NCBI RefSeq assembly: GCF_006345805.1
Contig: NC_042997.1
Span: forward strand, 199,578,001-199,642,000
DNA: 64,000 nt
Origin: Octopus sinensis
Taxonomy: Eukaryota
Direction: 5' to 3'
Shown: positions 35,941 through 49,429 of the stretch, piece after piece
Position numbering within the stretch: the stretch's first letter is position 1
How the letters are laid out: each line of letters begins with the position of its first letter
Program-made: the position numbers and the translations under genes
Notes under the pieces: generated by a model
Seen by the model: only the letters and a program-made list of their open reading frames with translations
Databases searched by the model: none
Told to the model about the DNA's origin: nothing

Positions 35941-37801
35941 GTTCAGTGGACTTAAGTCTATTTTCAAGAGTAGAACTTCTTTAAATTTGGTTGGTGGCTC
36001 CCTTCACAGAAAGTTTGTGTCAACTTCTCATCACATCTGTCTTTATGAGTATAACATTAGATAAAAATTAATTTCATAAGTGTTAATGAGACTGAATACT
36101 CAAGTGAAAGTCACTCACACAACGAGTGTCCTATTTGTTGTACAGCAAGATGGACTTAGGCCTGATTCAGCAACAACTGCAATGATCAGAAAGTGGTCTC
36201 AAAGTGATAACAGAATTTTCATTAAATGCTAGTTCAAGAGAACGCCTGGTAAAATTAGATAGATAGAAAGATAGATAGATAAATAGAAAGATAGATAGAC
36301 AGATAGATAAAGAGATAGAGAGAGAGATAGAGAGAGAGCGAGCTCTTCCTTGTCACAGAACAAAGGGTTTTAGATCAAAAACCTCGAATAGTAAGAATAT
36401 AATGACTATCTCTGTTGGAGCTGGAAGAAGTTGTCTGAACAGTAAAGTATGACGAATACAACTACATAGGAGAGAAAATTGAACAAGAAATAGCAGAAAG
36501 ATCAATGAATCGTCAGGAAAAATGAAAATAAGTTTTACATTATAGAAGGAAAAGATATTATAGAAGAGGAAAGAAGCAAAAGATAGAACAAGATAACCAG
36601 TTTTGAAAGGAATTGAAAAGCTATGATAAGTAATAGAGAAAGTAGATAAATTAGTGAAAATCAAATTTGTGAATATAACAGATGTGCAGTCTCTGTTGCT
36701 GTAGAAATTCTTAGAGTTAAAAGCAGAGCAGAAAGATGGGTCAAAGACCTCTGGTAGAAAAGGAGACTTACGAATCAAGTTAGCTGAATAAAGATCTTGG
36801 TGGGATAAATGCCAACATTAAAAAGAATCCAGTAAAGAAATGACATAAGAGTGAGCTTCAAAGAAAGCATAACATGAGACACTTCTGACTTAAAATTTCA
36901 CAAGCATGCAAAATTATACATATGGCAGTTTCCTATTAATTGTATAGAAAATGTGCTACCAGTACGGTTGACAAAAGGAATGACAATGTTAATAGAGACG
37001 ACTGAAGAAGACGGAGAAGTCAGTAATTATAGGCCTGTTATGTGCCTGCTATTAATTTGCGAATAGCTAACTGGTCTCGTAGCAATTGAATGACAAAAGA
37101 TGCAGAAAGAAATCAAGGGTAACTGCTGGTCTACTGGATATCAATAGAATGTAACTTTGAAGAGCAGAAGGCTGAGAGCTGGCAGAATAGTTAGCAAACA
37201 AAATTCTCAGTGGTATTTCTTCCAGTTAATTCATGTTCTGAGTTCAAATCCCATCAAGGTCAATTTTGCCTTTTATCCCTAAAATAAAGTACTAATCAAA
37301 TATTGGGGTCAATGTAAGTGACTTGTCCCTTTCCTTGTTTCAGGGGATATGTTGTAGTCTCAATCACTTATACGCCGTGGAAACTGCATAACCAGTCTTA
37401 TGTGTCCTAGGGCTCGAGAAAAGGGAAAATGGGGAAACAAAGAAAAACTTGACTGTTGGTTGGATAGGCTACAAAACAGTATGTAAAATGTACCTTGTTA
37501 TTGGCATTAGGCGTGCCTGTGGACCCTTGGAGCCCATGAGAAGACAGACTTTTTTCTTTCCATGTTGAAAAAAAAAAAATTTTTTTAATTATAAAAACCT
37601 CATTGTTGGAAATGGAACTAAGTTGCAGAAGTGACTCAATGCAAGATGTGAAAATCTGGGAGAAGAATATTTCAAGAAGACTTCTTGTCTCCTTTATTTT
37701 TCATGATTGCATTGATTCTATTTACTCTTATACTGAGAGAATCTACACCTGATTATGAGTTTAAGAAGAGAAAGAAAATAAATAATCTGATATATATATA
37801 T

Positions 37802-38172
37802 TCTTTTACTTGTTTCAGATTGTGGCCATGTTGGAGCACCACCTTTAGTCGAGAAAATCGACCTGAAGACTTATTTTTTGTAAGCCTAGTACTTATTCTA
37901 TTGCTCACTTTTGCCAAACCACTAAGTTACGGGGACGTAAACACACCACCATCGGTTGTCAAGTGATATTGGGGGGACAAACACAGACACACAAACATAT
38001 ACACACTTAATGGGCTTCTTTCAGTTTCCATCTACTAAATCCACTCACAAGGCTTTGGTTGGCCAGAGGCTATAGTAGAATACACTTGTCCAAGGTGCCA
38101 TGCAGTGGGACTGAGCCCAGAACCATGTGGTTGGTAAGCAAGCTACTTACCACGCAGCCACTCCTGCACCTA
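37802..38172 (-). mobile_element. SINE family A
   Basis: Complete reverse-complement copy ending at GCAGCCACTCCTGCACC. Confidence 0.85.
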
Positions 38173-38237
38173 TATATATATATATATATATATATACATA
38201 CATAGAAATATATATTTAGCATCCAGTTTGAGATCAT

Positions 38238-38270
<33 letters not shown>

Positions 38271-38273
<3 letters not shown>

Positions 38274-38438
38274 TCATCATCGTTTAGCGTCCGCTTTCCA
38301 TGCTAGCATGGGTTCGACGGTTCAACTGGGGTCTGGGAAGCCAGAAGGCTGCACCAGGCCCAGTTTGATCTGGCAATGTTTCTACGGCTAGATGCCCTTC
38401 CTAACGCCAACCACTCCATGAGTGTAGTCGGTGCTTTT

Positions 38439-38440
<2 letters not shown>
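38271..38440 (-). mobile_element. RTE-clade LINE 3'-UTR fragment (family C)
   Basis: (CAT)n CGTTTAGCGTCCGCTTTCCATGCTAGCATGGG...GATGCCCTTCCTAACGCCAACC. Confidence 0.8.
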
Positions 38441-38480
<40 letters not shown>

Positions 38481-38482
38481 TA

Positions 38483-39040
38483 CAAGCAAAACGCCCCCCC
38501 CCCACCGTATAATGGACGGTGCTGAATCATATCTGCTGAATAAAAAGCAATCAGTGTTTTCTTTTCATTAAAAATAATTAAGCATGCCTTTATTTCAATA
38601 AAAGATTTGGTTTTGTTAAACGAAGTTAAGGCAAAAAAATAAAAACTTCTTGAGAAACCAAATAGTCTTTCCTTCCTTCATGCCAAGTTTGGAAAAAATA
38701 TCTCTTTTGTATCTTACTTTTTGGGTCTCTTAAATATACTGCATTTTGTGGCATTATCTTAAACCGGCCGGCTTTTTTTGCGCAAACTGCACATGCATTT
38801 TTCTCGCATATGCATAGTATCGATCGCAACAGCTGATGTACATGTGTGCACAAATGCAAGTTCCTACAGCTTATCAATTGCATTCTCACCGTTAACCAAT
38901 TTTTGTGATTTTTTCAAGACTTATACATGCCCTGATACTGTCGGTATCTACATATAAAATTTGAGCGCAATCGGATGGAGGATGCCCAAGATCCTAGAAG
39001 ACACACACACAGACAGAAAGAACGGATTTTATATAAAATA
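38483..39040 (-). mobile_element. Probable non-autonomous Helitron-like element
   Basis: Hairpin CACCGT..ACGGTG near one end and the architecture AATTTGAGCGCAATCGG...CAGACAGA...TTTTATATA at the other, as in the 12101-12480 element. Confidence 0.55.
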
Positions 39041-39639
39041 TATATATATATATATATATAGTTAATCCAAACATGAACAAAGAGAAAACATAACAATGCG
39101 ATGATTTCAAACTGGACACCAAAAATGGCAAAGATCTTGATTTGTGTTATCAAACAATAAGTTTATTTAGCAAGAATGTCTGTATGCAGTTTGAGGTGAA
39201 TAAGTATACAGTATTGATTATGAAAGGAGGCTGAAAGATTAAAATTTGATGGAACACAGATACTGCAAGAGGGTATCATCAGATCAATGTAAGAAAATGA
39301 GAAATACAAGCAGGGTGATAAAATATTGGAAAAGGAAATCAAAGAGAAAGTCTCCAAGGTATACAAGGGATGGGTTAGGAGGATACTTGAAACAAAACTA
39401 AAAGGAAGAAATAATAATGAAGGCAACCAATACTCAAACTTTGCCAGTGTTGAAATACTCTGCTCCTTTCCTTTTTGTGAGTAAACAAAGGCAGAACTAT
39501 AGGAATTGGACTGAAGAACATTGAAGCTTCTCACAACACACAATGTACATCAACTTAATAGTAACATCAACAAGGAAGTAAAGGTTTGTCAAATGTACAA
39601 GACAAAATAGATGTTGTGAGTTCAGGTTTGGAAAGCTAT

Positions 39640-40025
39640 AGGCGCAGGAGTGGTTGTGTGGTAAGTAGCTTGCTTACCAACTACATGGTTCCAGGTTCAG
39701 TCCCCCTGCGTGGCACCTTGAGCAAGTGTCTTTTACTATAGCCTCGAACTGACCAAATCTTTGAGTGGATTTCGTAGACAGAAACTGAAAGAAGCCCATC
39801 GTATATATGTATATATGTATGTGTGTGTGCCTGTGTTTGTCCCTCCCAACATCACTTGACAACCAATGCTGGTATGCTTACGTCCCTGTAACTTAGCAGT
39901 TCAACAATAGGATCCGATAGAATAAGTACCAGGCTTACAAAGAATAAGTCATTGGGTTGATTTGCTCAACTAAAGGCAGTGCTCCAGCATGGCTGCAGTC
40001 AACTGACTGAAACAAATAAAAGAAT
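39640..40025 (+). mobile_element. SINE family A
   Basis: Complete copy from GGCGCAGGAGTGGTTGTGTGGTAAG to ACTGAAACAAATAAAAGAAT. Confidence 0.85.
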
Positions 40026-40919
40026 AGTGAGGAGAGACTGTTATTTGAGGCTAGAAATATCAAAGAAGTTACTGAAAGTGAAGGAAGATTTCAAAAATAA
40101 GAAAGAAGCATGACTAGAGAGAAAGGCAGAATAGAACTACAAAGAAATATTTAGCCAATTCATGCAGCAAACTGAGGAAGCTGGGAGTGGAGAAAACTGG
40201 TTGTAGCTGACAGAAGAAAACCTAAAAAAAAAAAAAATAAATAAATTGCTAATATATCTACTTACAAAAAAATGAATTTATTAATGACAAGGATTGATAA
40301 AACTAAGTCAGACCTAAAACACAGAATATATGGAAAAGTGAAAATTTGCTAAGCAAATAAGGTAAGCTAGCAGAAAATGACTATAAATGCAAGCAGGATT
40401 CTGTTAGCAAAATGGTGCATTGGAATGATGGATAAATTTGTGGATTTGAAGTGAGAGAAAACTGTGAATAAGAGATTATTATAGTGAATGATAAGTATAG
40501 AATTTTATGCAATTTCTCCTTAGAGACTGACCATATAGTTGAAGGGAAGTATGCAAGATATCTTCATGGGAGATAGTGAAAGAATAAACATTGTAATATC
40601 ATTAATTTTTGCAATCCCGTATGATAACAGATCAAATATCAAATAAGCCCAGGAAACTGAAAAATATCAGTACCTAACCAGAGAGATGAAATAATTGTGG
40701 AATATCATGATGATGATCATTTAACATCCACTTTTCTATGCTTGCGCTACTCAGACAGAATTTTTGGCTGGATACCTCTCCTGTCACCAACCCTCACCTG
40801 TTTCCAAGTGAAGTAATATTTCTCATGGTCAACATGGAAGACTGAAAATGAACAACATTGCTTGTATGACAGTGATGCTTTTTCACAATCATCACATGAT
40901 GTCAAGACAAGGATAAACA

Positions 40920-41230
40920 TAGGAAGATATGGGATGAGGTGGTGAAGCATGACCTTCGAATGTTGGGCCTCACAGAGGCAATGACAGAAGATCGAGACCT
41001 TTGGAGATATGCTGTGATTGAGAAGACCCAACAACTAAAGCAAGATCACAGCCATGGCTGATGCCAGTGTTGTGTGTCTGGCCCATTTAAAAGTACCCTT
41101 AACGAGTCGGGCGATATGAAAACCAAAATGGTAGCTGTGGCCAGTGCCCTCTGACTGGCTCCCATTCCAATGGCATGTAAAACGCACCATCTGAATGTGG
41201 TTGATGCTAGTGCCCCCTGACTGGCTCCTG
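40920..41230 (+). mobile_element. RTE-clade LINE ORF C-terminus + 3' UTR
   Basis: Translates as WDEVVKHDLRMLGLTEAMTEDRDLWRYAVIEKT (RTE C-terminal motif), then family-C UTR repeats. Confidence 0.75.
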
Positions 41231-41904
41231 GAATTGAAACCTCAATCTTGAGTTCAACACCCTAGCCACTAAGCTATGTGTCTCCATTGTCACACCAACT
41301 GCATGAGGAAGTTTGATAAATATTCAATTTAAAGTCATGTTTGACAATTTTTTTGCTTGCTTTACACATTGTTAAAATATCACTTTCACCTTGACTAGAA
41401 AAAAAGAGGGAAGTTACCTTTTATAGAAATCTGTCAGGTATATAGTATCAACATTTACTTTATTCACAGAATTAACTTCTACTTTTAAGGAAAAAGTTAC
41501 AAAATGTATAAGCTCTTTTTCATGAGATTAAAAATTTATACGTTATCTTAGAGTTCTCAAAGAATTTTGCCATTAAACAACTACTGGATATCTGTATGAA
41601 GCAGAAAATGCTTATGCTAGAAGAAGATAAAGGTACGATACAGTATTCCCATAACAGTTTATAAATTTATGGCTTCATACTTTATTCAGTATACTGTCAC
41701 AGCATTGTTCTTACATGCACAGAATCATACATTTCCACCTACAAAACCATTTAAAACATTGTTCAATGAGTATCTGATGAAACATACTAAATAAGTATTT
41801 TTTACTAAGTATATTTGTAAAGTAAGAGTCTCTTACATGTTGACAAATATGATATATTAATTTTTTACTTAGGATTTAATTAAATTTTTAACCTAAAATA
41901 TAAT

Positions 41905-42111
41905 TAATAATAATAAAATAATGAAATTATTATTTACAGTGCTCAGGTGCACCACAACTTGTCAAAAGTGCGTATAAAGCATGTGCCTTAATGTAGAAAT
42001 GTCTGGAAAGTGAACAGTGTATGAGTCAGATACATGCTTGTGTGTGTATGGAGGGGAGAAAATCAGGTGTAGTGTCGGCGAATCTCAGGAGGCCTGGAAG
42101 TTTAGAAGGAT
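41905..42111 (-). mobile_element. CR1-type LINE 3'-end fragment (long-UTR subfamily)
   Basis: Near-identical to the copies at 8875-9099 and 60892-61218. Confidence 0.85.
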
Positions 42112-42529
42112 AAATGTCAAAATAGGTTAAAATAATTTATTATATAGTCATTAAAAAAAAAATTAATATTTTTTTATCCTTTCTATAAAAAAAGCACAAT
42201 TAGTATTCAGTATATATATCATATATATAACTATTCTGCTATATATATGATCAACAAAAAGGGATAAAGATCTTGGGTTTCTTATTTTATTTTCTGCCTT
42301 CTCATTCCACTTTTTGCATCAACCTTCTTTACATTTCTCTTCCCATGTCTTCTCAAAGGCCAGCTTCCTAGTTTTCAAATGCATGAAATGAACGATAAGC
42401 ACCGAGCCTGATAGATCACTTGGAGATATGGCATGTTGCATAAATCTGCCAAATTATTGTATCTCTACAGCATGAAACTATTAGTAGCTCTTCATTGAAT
42501 TGTGTATATTAAATTAAATGTTTATTTAT

Positions 42530-42736
42530 CTTTTACTTGTTTCAGTCATTAGACTGTGGCCATGCTGCAGCACTACCTTGAAGTTTTAGTCAAATGAATT
42601 GATCCTAGCACATTTTTTTTAAAGCCAGGTACTTATTCTATTGGTCTCTTTTGCCGAACTTCTAAGTTACAGGGACATGAACACTCCAATACCAGTTGTC
42701 AAGTGATGGTGGTGGACAAACACAGACACACACACG

Positions 42737-42773
<37 letters not shown>

Positions 42774-42948
42774 CCCACACATATATGACAGGCTTCTTTC
42801 AGTTTCCGCCTACCAAATTAACTCACAAGGATTTGGTTGGCCCAAGGCTATAGTAGAAGACACTTGCCCAAGGTCCTGCAGGGGGACTGAACCCTGAATC
42901 ATGAGGTTGGGAAGCAAGCATCTTACCACACAGCCATGCCTGCACCTA
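42530..42948 (-). mobile_element. SINE family A
   Basis: Complete reverse-complement copy. Confidence 0.8.
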
Positions 42949-43457
42949 TATTTAATTTATACAAATATAATCAATGTGTTGGCATAAGCAAGTGAATCAA
43001 ATATTTTCCAAGACTTGTAGCTTTGTAATTTTCCTTAATACATTTGTAAATATATTTGCAGATTCCATTCTGTGCTTGCTCTTGTGAGCCTTGCATAACC
43101 CTGTGGATTCCTTAATGCATCCTTGGGTATGCACACACCTTACTTTTGAAGCTTCTTACAAGAATTTATAGGAAAAATATTTAGAAAATGTTTGCATGGA
43201 AAATTTTTAAAAAAATGTATTTTATCATATGATAACCAGTTGCTTCTTGGTTTTATTAAAGTTATGGATGTTTCAAAATATGAAAAAATAAAAACCCACT
43301 TATTTCCAAGATAGGTGTAATAGTAGTACTACATTACCGTCGTATCAATTCTATATGTTTAGTAGTTTTGAAGGGAAAAAAAGTATTACTCTCTAAAATT
43401 TCCAAATCTCAATTGACAAGTTTCAAATAAAATATAGTACCACTCTCACAACATTGA

Positions 43458-43493
<36 letters not shown>

Positions 43494-44204
43494 CAAATTT
43501 AAATCAAAGAAAAGAAACTAAATTTCCAAACAAAAAAATCATACATTGATAATAGTAATACCATATTTATGTAACAAAACAAAATGAAAACATAATCAAA
43601 AACTATCAGCCCTAACTGACAAGCTGTGAAAATATCTCATTTGTTTTAAGATTAAATACATGTAAGTGATGCTGAGAAGAGTGTCACTCATGCTGCATGA
43701 ATCATCTGAAATATTTTAATTTCTTTCCATATCGGATAACTTAACCTGTTCCCTAATCCCAGTAAATTTTGAATAAAATAAACAAAAAAACAAAACAAAC
43801 AAAAAAATACTAGAATAAAGAGGGAAGATCTGAGAGTTAAGGATCTTTGAGCATAAAACTCTGAAGGGAACAACCTTATTTAAAATTCTAATAATCCTTT
43901 CTATTATATGCACAAGGTCTCAAATTTTGTGAGAGGGGACTAGTCGATTACATCGATCCCCACCCTGAATTTGACTGGTACTTAACTCATATATTCTCCT
44001 GGTTGCGTTTTCACAATGAAAAACCTGTTCCTCCTTGTTTGGACATGAACTAGCCAGGAAGCATCTGACTAAGCATACAAAATGTTCAGTAGGGAGTCAA
44101 CACCCATAGCTAACAGTTGCATACTGTACTTCTCTTCCAGATTGTGAAAGCTTACCATAATGTTTAATACAGTGAAATTTTAAAGACTTCATTTTTTTTT
44201 TCAT

Positions 44205-44364
44205 AGGCACAGGAGTTGCTGTGTGATAAGTAGCTTGCTTACCAATCACATGGTTCCAGGGTCAGTCCCACTGTGTGGCACTTTGGGCAAGTGTCTTCTA
44301 CTATAGGCTCGGGCCAACCAAAGCCTTGAGTGGATTTGGAAGACAGAAACTGAAAGAAGCCCGT

Positions 44365-44412
<48 letters not shown>

Positions 44413-44645
44413 TAGATGTATGTGTGTGTGTGTGTGTATGTATGTACATGTTTGTGTGTGTGTTTGTCTCCCCGACATCGCTTAACAACTGGTGCTAGTG
44501 TTTACATCCCTGTAACTTAGCAGTTTGGCAAGAGAGACTGATAGAATAAGTACTAGGCTTACAAAGAATAAGTCTTGTGGTCGATTTGCTCAACTAAAGG
44601 CACTGCTCCAGCATGGCTGAAGTCAAATAAGTGAAACAAATAACA
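44205..44645 (+). mobile_element. SINE family A with expanded internal (TA)/(TG)
   Basis: Head GGCACAGGAGTTGCTGTGTG, CTTTGGGCAAGTG and the family tail. Confidence 0.85.
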
Positions 44646-45164
44646 GGAAAAAAAAAAAAGAAAGAATCTACATCTTGACCTGGATAACTAAAATAAACAG
44701 GATGGGACTGAGAACCAAACTCAAGTGATAATTATCTGTATGTTAAAAGTCTATCACTGAGCTCATTGTTGCCAACACCTGTGGCTCTTATACCATATTC
44801 CTTTACCCCCAATTTTATAAACAATCATCCAACTACAGATCATGGAACCTAGTCAAAATTTTTCTCCAAGCTGACAAATGCTAGATATAGTGATTTAGTC
44901 TCGATTAAGATTTTCCTGTATTTACCTCAAAAAGGTACCAATAGTCTCACATTCAGGAACAAACCAAAACTGCAAAGGTCTAAACTAGTTCTCTGCCTGA
45001 TAACCTTTGTTTTTGCTCTATACATTACTTTCAGATCTTGGTACATCAGTTTAATACTTCAGTAGTTATTTCTTTAATAAGCATTTCCTTTTTTCTTACA
45101 CCATATTCTGTTGTATATGATTATGCTTGAGTGATGATTATGCCACAATATTATGAAAGCTGTA

Positions 45165-45530
45165 AAAAGCACCATTCAAACGTGATCGTTACCAGCGTCG
45201 CCTTACTGGCATGTGAAAAACATTCGAGCGAGGTCATTGCCAGCACCGCTGAACCGGCTCCTGTGCAGGTGACACATAAAAAACACCACTTGAGCATGGC
45301 CGTTGCCAGTACTGCCTGACTGGCCCTCATGCCAGTGGCATGTAAAAAGCACCCACTACACTCTCGGAGTGGTTGGCATTAGGAAGGGCATCCAGCAGTA
45401 GAAACTCTGCCAGGTCAAGATTGGAGTCTGGTGCAGCCATCTGGTTTGCCAGTCCTCAGTCAAAACGTCCAACCCATGCTAGCATGGAAGCGGCGGCAGA
45501 GGAGGAGGATGATGATGACGATGACGACAA
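45165..45530 (+). mobile_element. RTE-clade LINE 3'-UTR fragment (family C)
   Basis: Internal repeats and a family-C body ending in a GAG/GAT tail. Confidence 0.75.
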
Positions 45531-46689
45531 CAGAACAGCAATGTGCATCTTCTGAAACGTTTACTTACCCACAACCCAATTAATGACACTCCTTTCTACA
45601 ACTTTTTCTCTTTCTACCACTTTGTGACCCTCAGGCATAAAACAAAAGCCAGAAAATTTAGATTCTTCACACCAAGCAACAGCTGAATGTACCAAACTCT
45701 TCAATGCACTTACTTTTACTTATATAACATTTACTTATAATAAAAGTAGTGTCAAAATACTTGTTCAATAACTTGATATATTAAAAGCATGTTAACTCCA
45801 GTTCAGAAATTAATAGTCTGCATCAGGATAAAAAGAGAAGCTTTCAGTTTCTATTTCATGTCTAAAGTTACTAAAATACAATTTGTCTGTATTAGGCTGA
45901 AAAAGTATTTTCATTTAGGCCAGTGGTTCTCAACCATCTTTTATCTATGAACCCCGCTTGATTTCTATTTTACCCAGGGGGTCTTTCATTGCTGTTTGAT
46001 GTTGAAAAAATCCTATTATATTTTTATTATCAAATATTCTTTGTTGCCTTGTTGGTTTGTGTGGATGGATGGAGTGAGGAAAGCTTTGGTGGTTAGAGAT
46101 GTTGGAGTGAAAGAGGCAAGAGAGTTTATTAATGATAGGAAAGCTTGGAGAGTGTTTGTGGATGGATAAGTGAATTGATGTTGCTTGAAGGGGTACAGAA
46201 CCAGCATGATGCAGCGGGGGTAAACCAGCATATGCTGTCGGGCACCGCTGCTGATACCAGGGGTTGCTTTCTATGCCTTGACCCAAGCATAGGACGGGGC
46301 TTGCCTATTTTATCTGGGAAATGAATGATATGCCTGATGTGTGTCTTGTTGTAGTTGCCCCCTCCTATGGGGAATAGGCCTTGGTAAATAAAAAAATAAA
46401 TTAGTTAAATATTATTAAGAATTGTATAAAAAAATTTCAACTAAGTTTTGCATGGGCCCCAACTGAAAACTGTCGATTTAGACTTCTAGAACAATTTTTT
46501 TGTGTCTATGAAAAAAGAACGATCAAATGTCTATGCAGTAAAGATTATATGTTTTGAGACTGTAATATTTCAATTTCCCATGATTGTATTCAACTGGTAA
46601 AGTTGAAACAGTTTCTAGAAGCTGACTGAAGTTCAATCAAACAAATAAGTGTATAAGTGACGATATTCTTGATAAGGAACTATATCTTT

Positions 46690-47068
46690 ATCTTTTACTT
46701 GTTTCACTCAATAGACTTCAACCATGCTGGGGCAGAGCCTTGAGGAATTTTTAGATGTAATAATTAACCCCAATACTTTTCTTAAAGCCTGGTACATATT
46801 CTATCAATCTTTTTTGCTGAACCACTAAGTTAGAGGGATGAAAACATACCAACAGTGGTTGTCAAGAGGTGGTGGGGAACAAACACAGATGCAAGGACAC
46901 ACACATATGCACACACATATACACAACAGGTTTCTTTCAGTTTCTGTCAACCAAATTCACTGAGGCTATAATACAAGAAACTAGCCCAAGATGCCATGCA
47001 GTGGGACTGAACCCAGAACCATGTGGACGGGAAGCAAACTTCTTACTTCACAGCCATGCCTTCACCTA
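46690..47068 (-). mobile_element. SINE family A (degenerate)
   Basis: Reverse-complement family-A motifs. Confidence 0.7.
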
Positions 47069-47909
47069 TGTGTATTTTAAGGAAATTTTAATTTCTACTT
47101 TGTTAATCATCAACATTGGGTTAACTAGTGGAGAAGATTTACTAATTTCAAAAATGAAATTTAGCACTATTACAACTGTTCTGTAGAGTGAAAAATAACT
47201 TTATAATCTCTTTGATTAAATTAACAACTTGAACTGTAAAAGAATGTTTCATAACTTTATAATTTAGATCAGAACTTTCCAAACCAAGATTGCCTAATGC
47301 AAAATAAAGACAAACTATTAGACAGTATCCACTACATTAATTTTTTAAAACTCAAATATTCAGATTAAAAATGTTTCTTTTTTAAACATCATTTGATTAG
47401 CATTAACCTAAATATCTAGGACAATAAGAATATCAAGAAAAAGCAGGTATAAACAGTCAAGTTGGTTTGTGTGGAACTTTTAGATCAGCTTCTGTCTTAA
47501 CAGAATGAAAAGGAAAGAAAAAGATTGTTAATTGTATTCCTAAAAATAACTGGAAAAAAAATGAAAAAAAAAAAAAAAACTGTATTGATGGAACAGACAT
47601 GTCTGTGTGGTTAAGAAGATTGCTTTCCAATCATATGCTAGCAAGTTCAGTCCCACTGTGGACAAGCGTCTATGATGGTCAACAAATGCCTTGTTAGTGA
47701 ATTTAGTAGATGGAAACCGTGTGGAAGCCTGTTATATTTGTGTAACATTCAAATTGGACATATCAGTCCCAAGTATTTTACCTGTTTTGTGTTCATACTG
47801 ATAAGATGAGGTGTCACACACCTACCCTGAAATGTCGTTCTAAAACTAAACAAACACATCATCAAAGTCTCAATGCTACAAGATAAAGGAATGAATAATT
47901 CAAAACAAG

Positions 47910-48425
47910 CTGCACAGATGCAATGACTAGTGACTGAAACCTTTGGCAATATGCAGTGCTTGAGAAAAAGACACATCAAGCCAAGTGAAATTGTAGTCGT
48001 GACCGATGCTGGCGTCACATAACTGGCACGTAAAAAGCACCTTTTGAGTGTTGTGCCTCACGGAGACAAAGTGGCCAATGATGCAGGTGGCACAAGAAAA
48101 GCTCCTTTCAAGTGTTGGGCCTCATAGAGGCAATGGCGATTGACCAAGACCTTGGCATTATGTTGTATTTGAGGAGAAGACGCGTCAAAGCAAATAAAAT
48201 TGCAGTTGTGGCAGACTCTGGTGTCATGCAAATGGCACCTGTGCCGGTAGCATGTAAAAGCACCCATTACACTTACGGAGTGGTTGGCATTAGGAAGGGC
48301 ATCCAGCCATAGAAACCACACCAAATCAGACTGGAGTCTGGTGCAGCCTTCCAGCACGCCAGCCCTGGTTAAACCATCCAACCCATGCAAGCATGGACAA
48401 CAGACATTAAATTATGATGATGATG
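47910..48425 (+). mobile_element. RTE-clade LINE 3' end with duplicated ORF-end segment, lying between two halves of a family-A SINE
   Basis: LGLIEAMA.DQDL-type segment repeated, family-C tail (GAT)n. SINE head at ~47595-47735 and SINE tail at ~48481-48620. Confidence 0.65.
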
Positions 48426-48712
48426 AATGAGAATAAATAAGCATTTCATTTGACAGGGTAATTTGAATGCTAACGGTTAAGTCCCCCTAACTTAGCAGTT
48501 AATCAAAAGAGAATGATCGAATAAATACCAGGCTTAAAAATGAGTACTGTGGCCAATGTGTGTTCAACTAAAGGCAGTGCTCCAGCATAGCCACAGTTCT
48601 ATGACTGAAACAAGTAAAAAAAAACATGTTCCTAAGAATGATTCAATGACTGATTTAAATCAGGAATACACTTTTTATTCCAACCTTCATTCATTACTGT
48701 TCTACATTTTAG

Positions 48713-48965
48713 AGATGAGGAATTCTCTACAGTATTTACATTGGGCGAACATGTGTCCTAATCTTGTTTGTCGTAACCACAACGTTTTGACTAATTTACA
48801 GCCTTCATCAGGTGTCCTGGTAGAATTTTGAATCCAGCCCTGAGATTCAAAATTCTACCAGGACACCTGATGAAGGCTGTAGAGTAAATCAGTCGAAACG
48901 TTGTGGTAACAACAAACAGGATGAGGACACATGTCCGCCCAATGTAAATAATGTAAATAGTCATC
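48713..48965. repeat. Long inverted repeat (palindrome) of a hammerhead-containing Penelope-type repeat
   Basis: Perfect 38-bp inner arms (48797-48834 / 48844-48881) around a 9-nt loop, extending imperfectly to ~120 bp. Confidence 0.9.
48861..48906 (+). ncRNA. Minimal type I hammerhead-ribozyme-like motif
   Basis: GGACAC-CTGATGA-A-GGCTG-tagagtaaat-CAGTC-GAAA-C-GTT-GTG: intact cores, 5-bp stem II, AACGTT palindrome, CAC/GTG stem I. Confidence 0.65.
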
Positions 48966-49429
48966 ATTCATTGATCGGAATTAAATTTCACAGATTTTGT
49001 TTCAGTCTTGTTCTGTGTAATTTATGAGACAATTCTGATAGACACTGTTATATTTCTTTGGAAATTCAGAGAAATCTCTTTGATCAATTCTAAATGAAAC
49101 TAACCAAGCAGAAACACTTAAAATATTATTAACATGAATAAATAGTCAATTATTTTGTTAAATTTAGTTACAGACATATGTGAATGGAAGAATTAGCTTT
49201 GTTTCAAGCAATATAAGTGCAAGCATGACTATGTGGTTAAGAAACTCTCTTTGCAACCACATGGTTTCAAGTTCAATCCCCACAGCATGGTACCTTAGGC
49301 AAGTGTCTTCCAGTGTACCGGGCTGATCAATGCCTTGTGATTGAAAATGATAGACAGAAACTGTGAGGAAGCCCATCATGTGTGCATATATGTAGATATA
49401 TAATCCAAATGGTAAGAAGACAAAGAAAT

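Larger units (their letters stand above)
36390..40705 (+). pseudogene. Highly decayed R4/Dong-like RLE non-LTR retrotransposon with nested insertions
   Basis: Collinear fragments: NYRPVMCL..LTGLVA (~37025), RRIFQEDFLSPLFFMIALI..KKINNL (37660-37790), DDFKLDTKN..FSKNVCMQFEV (39100), TRIDKTKSD, KLAENDYK..VHW, YRILCNFSLETDHIVE, FAIPYDNR and EKYQYLTREMK*LWN (RLE domain). The 5' boundary is uncertain. Confidence 0.75.
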
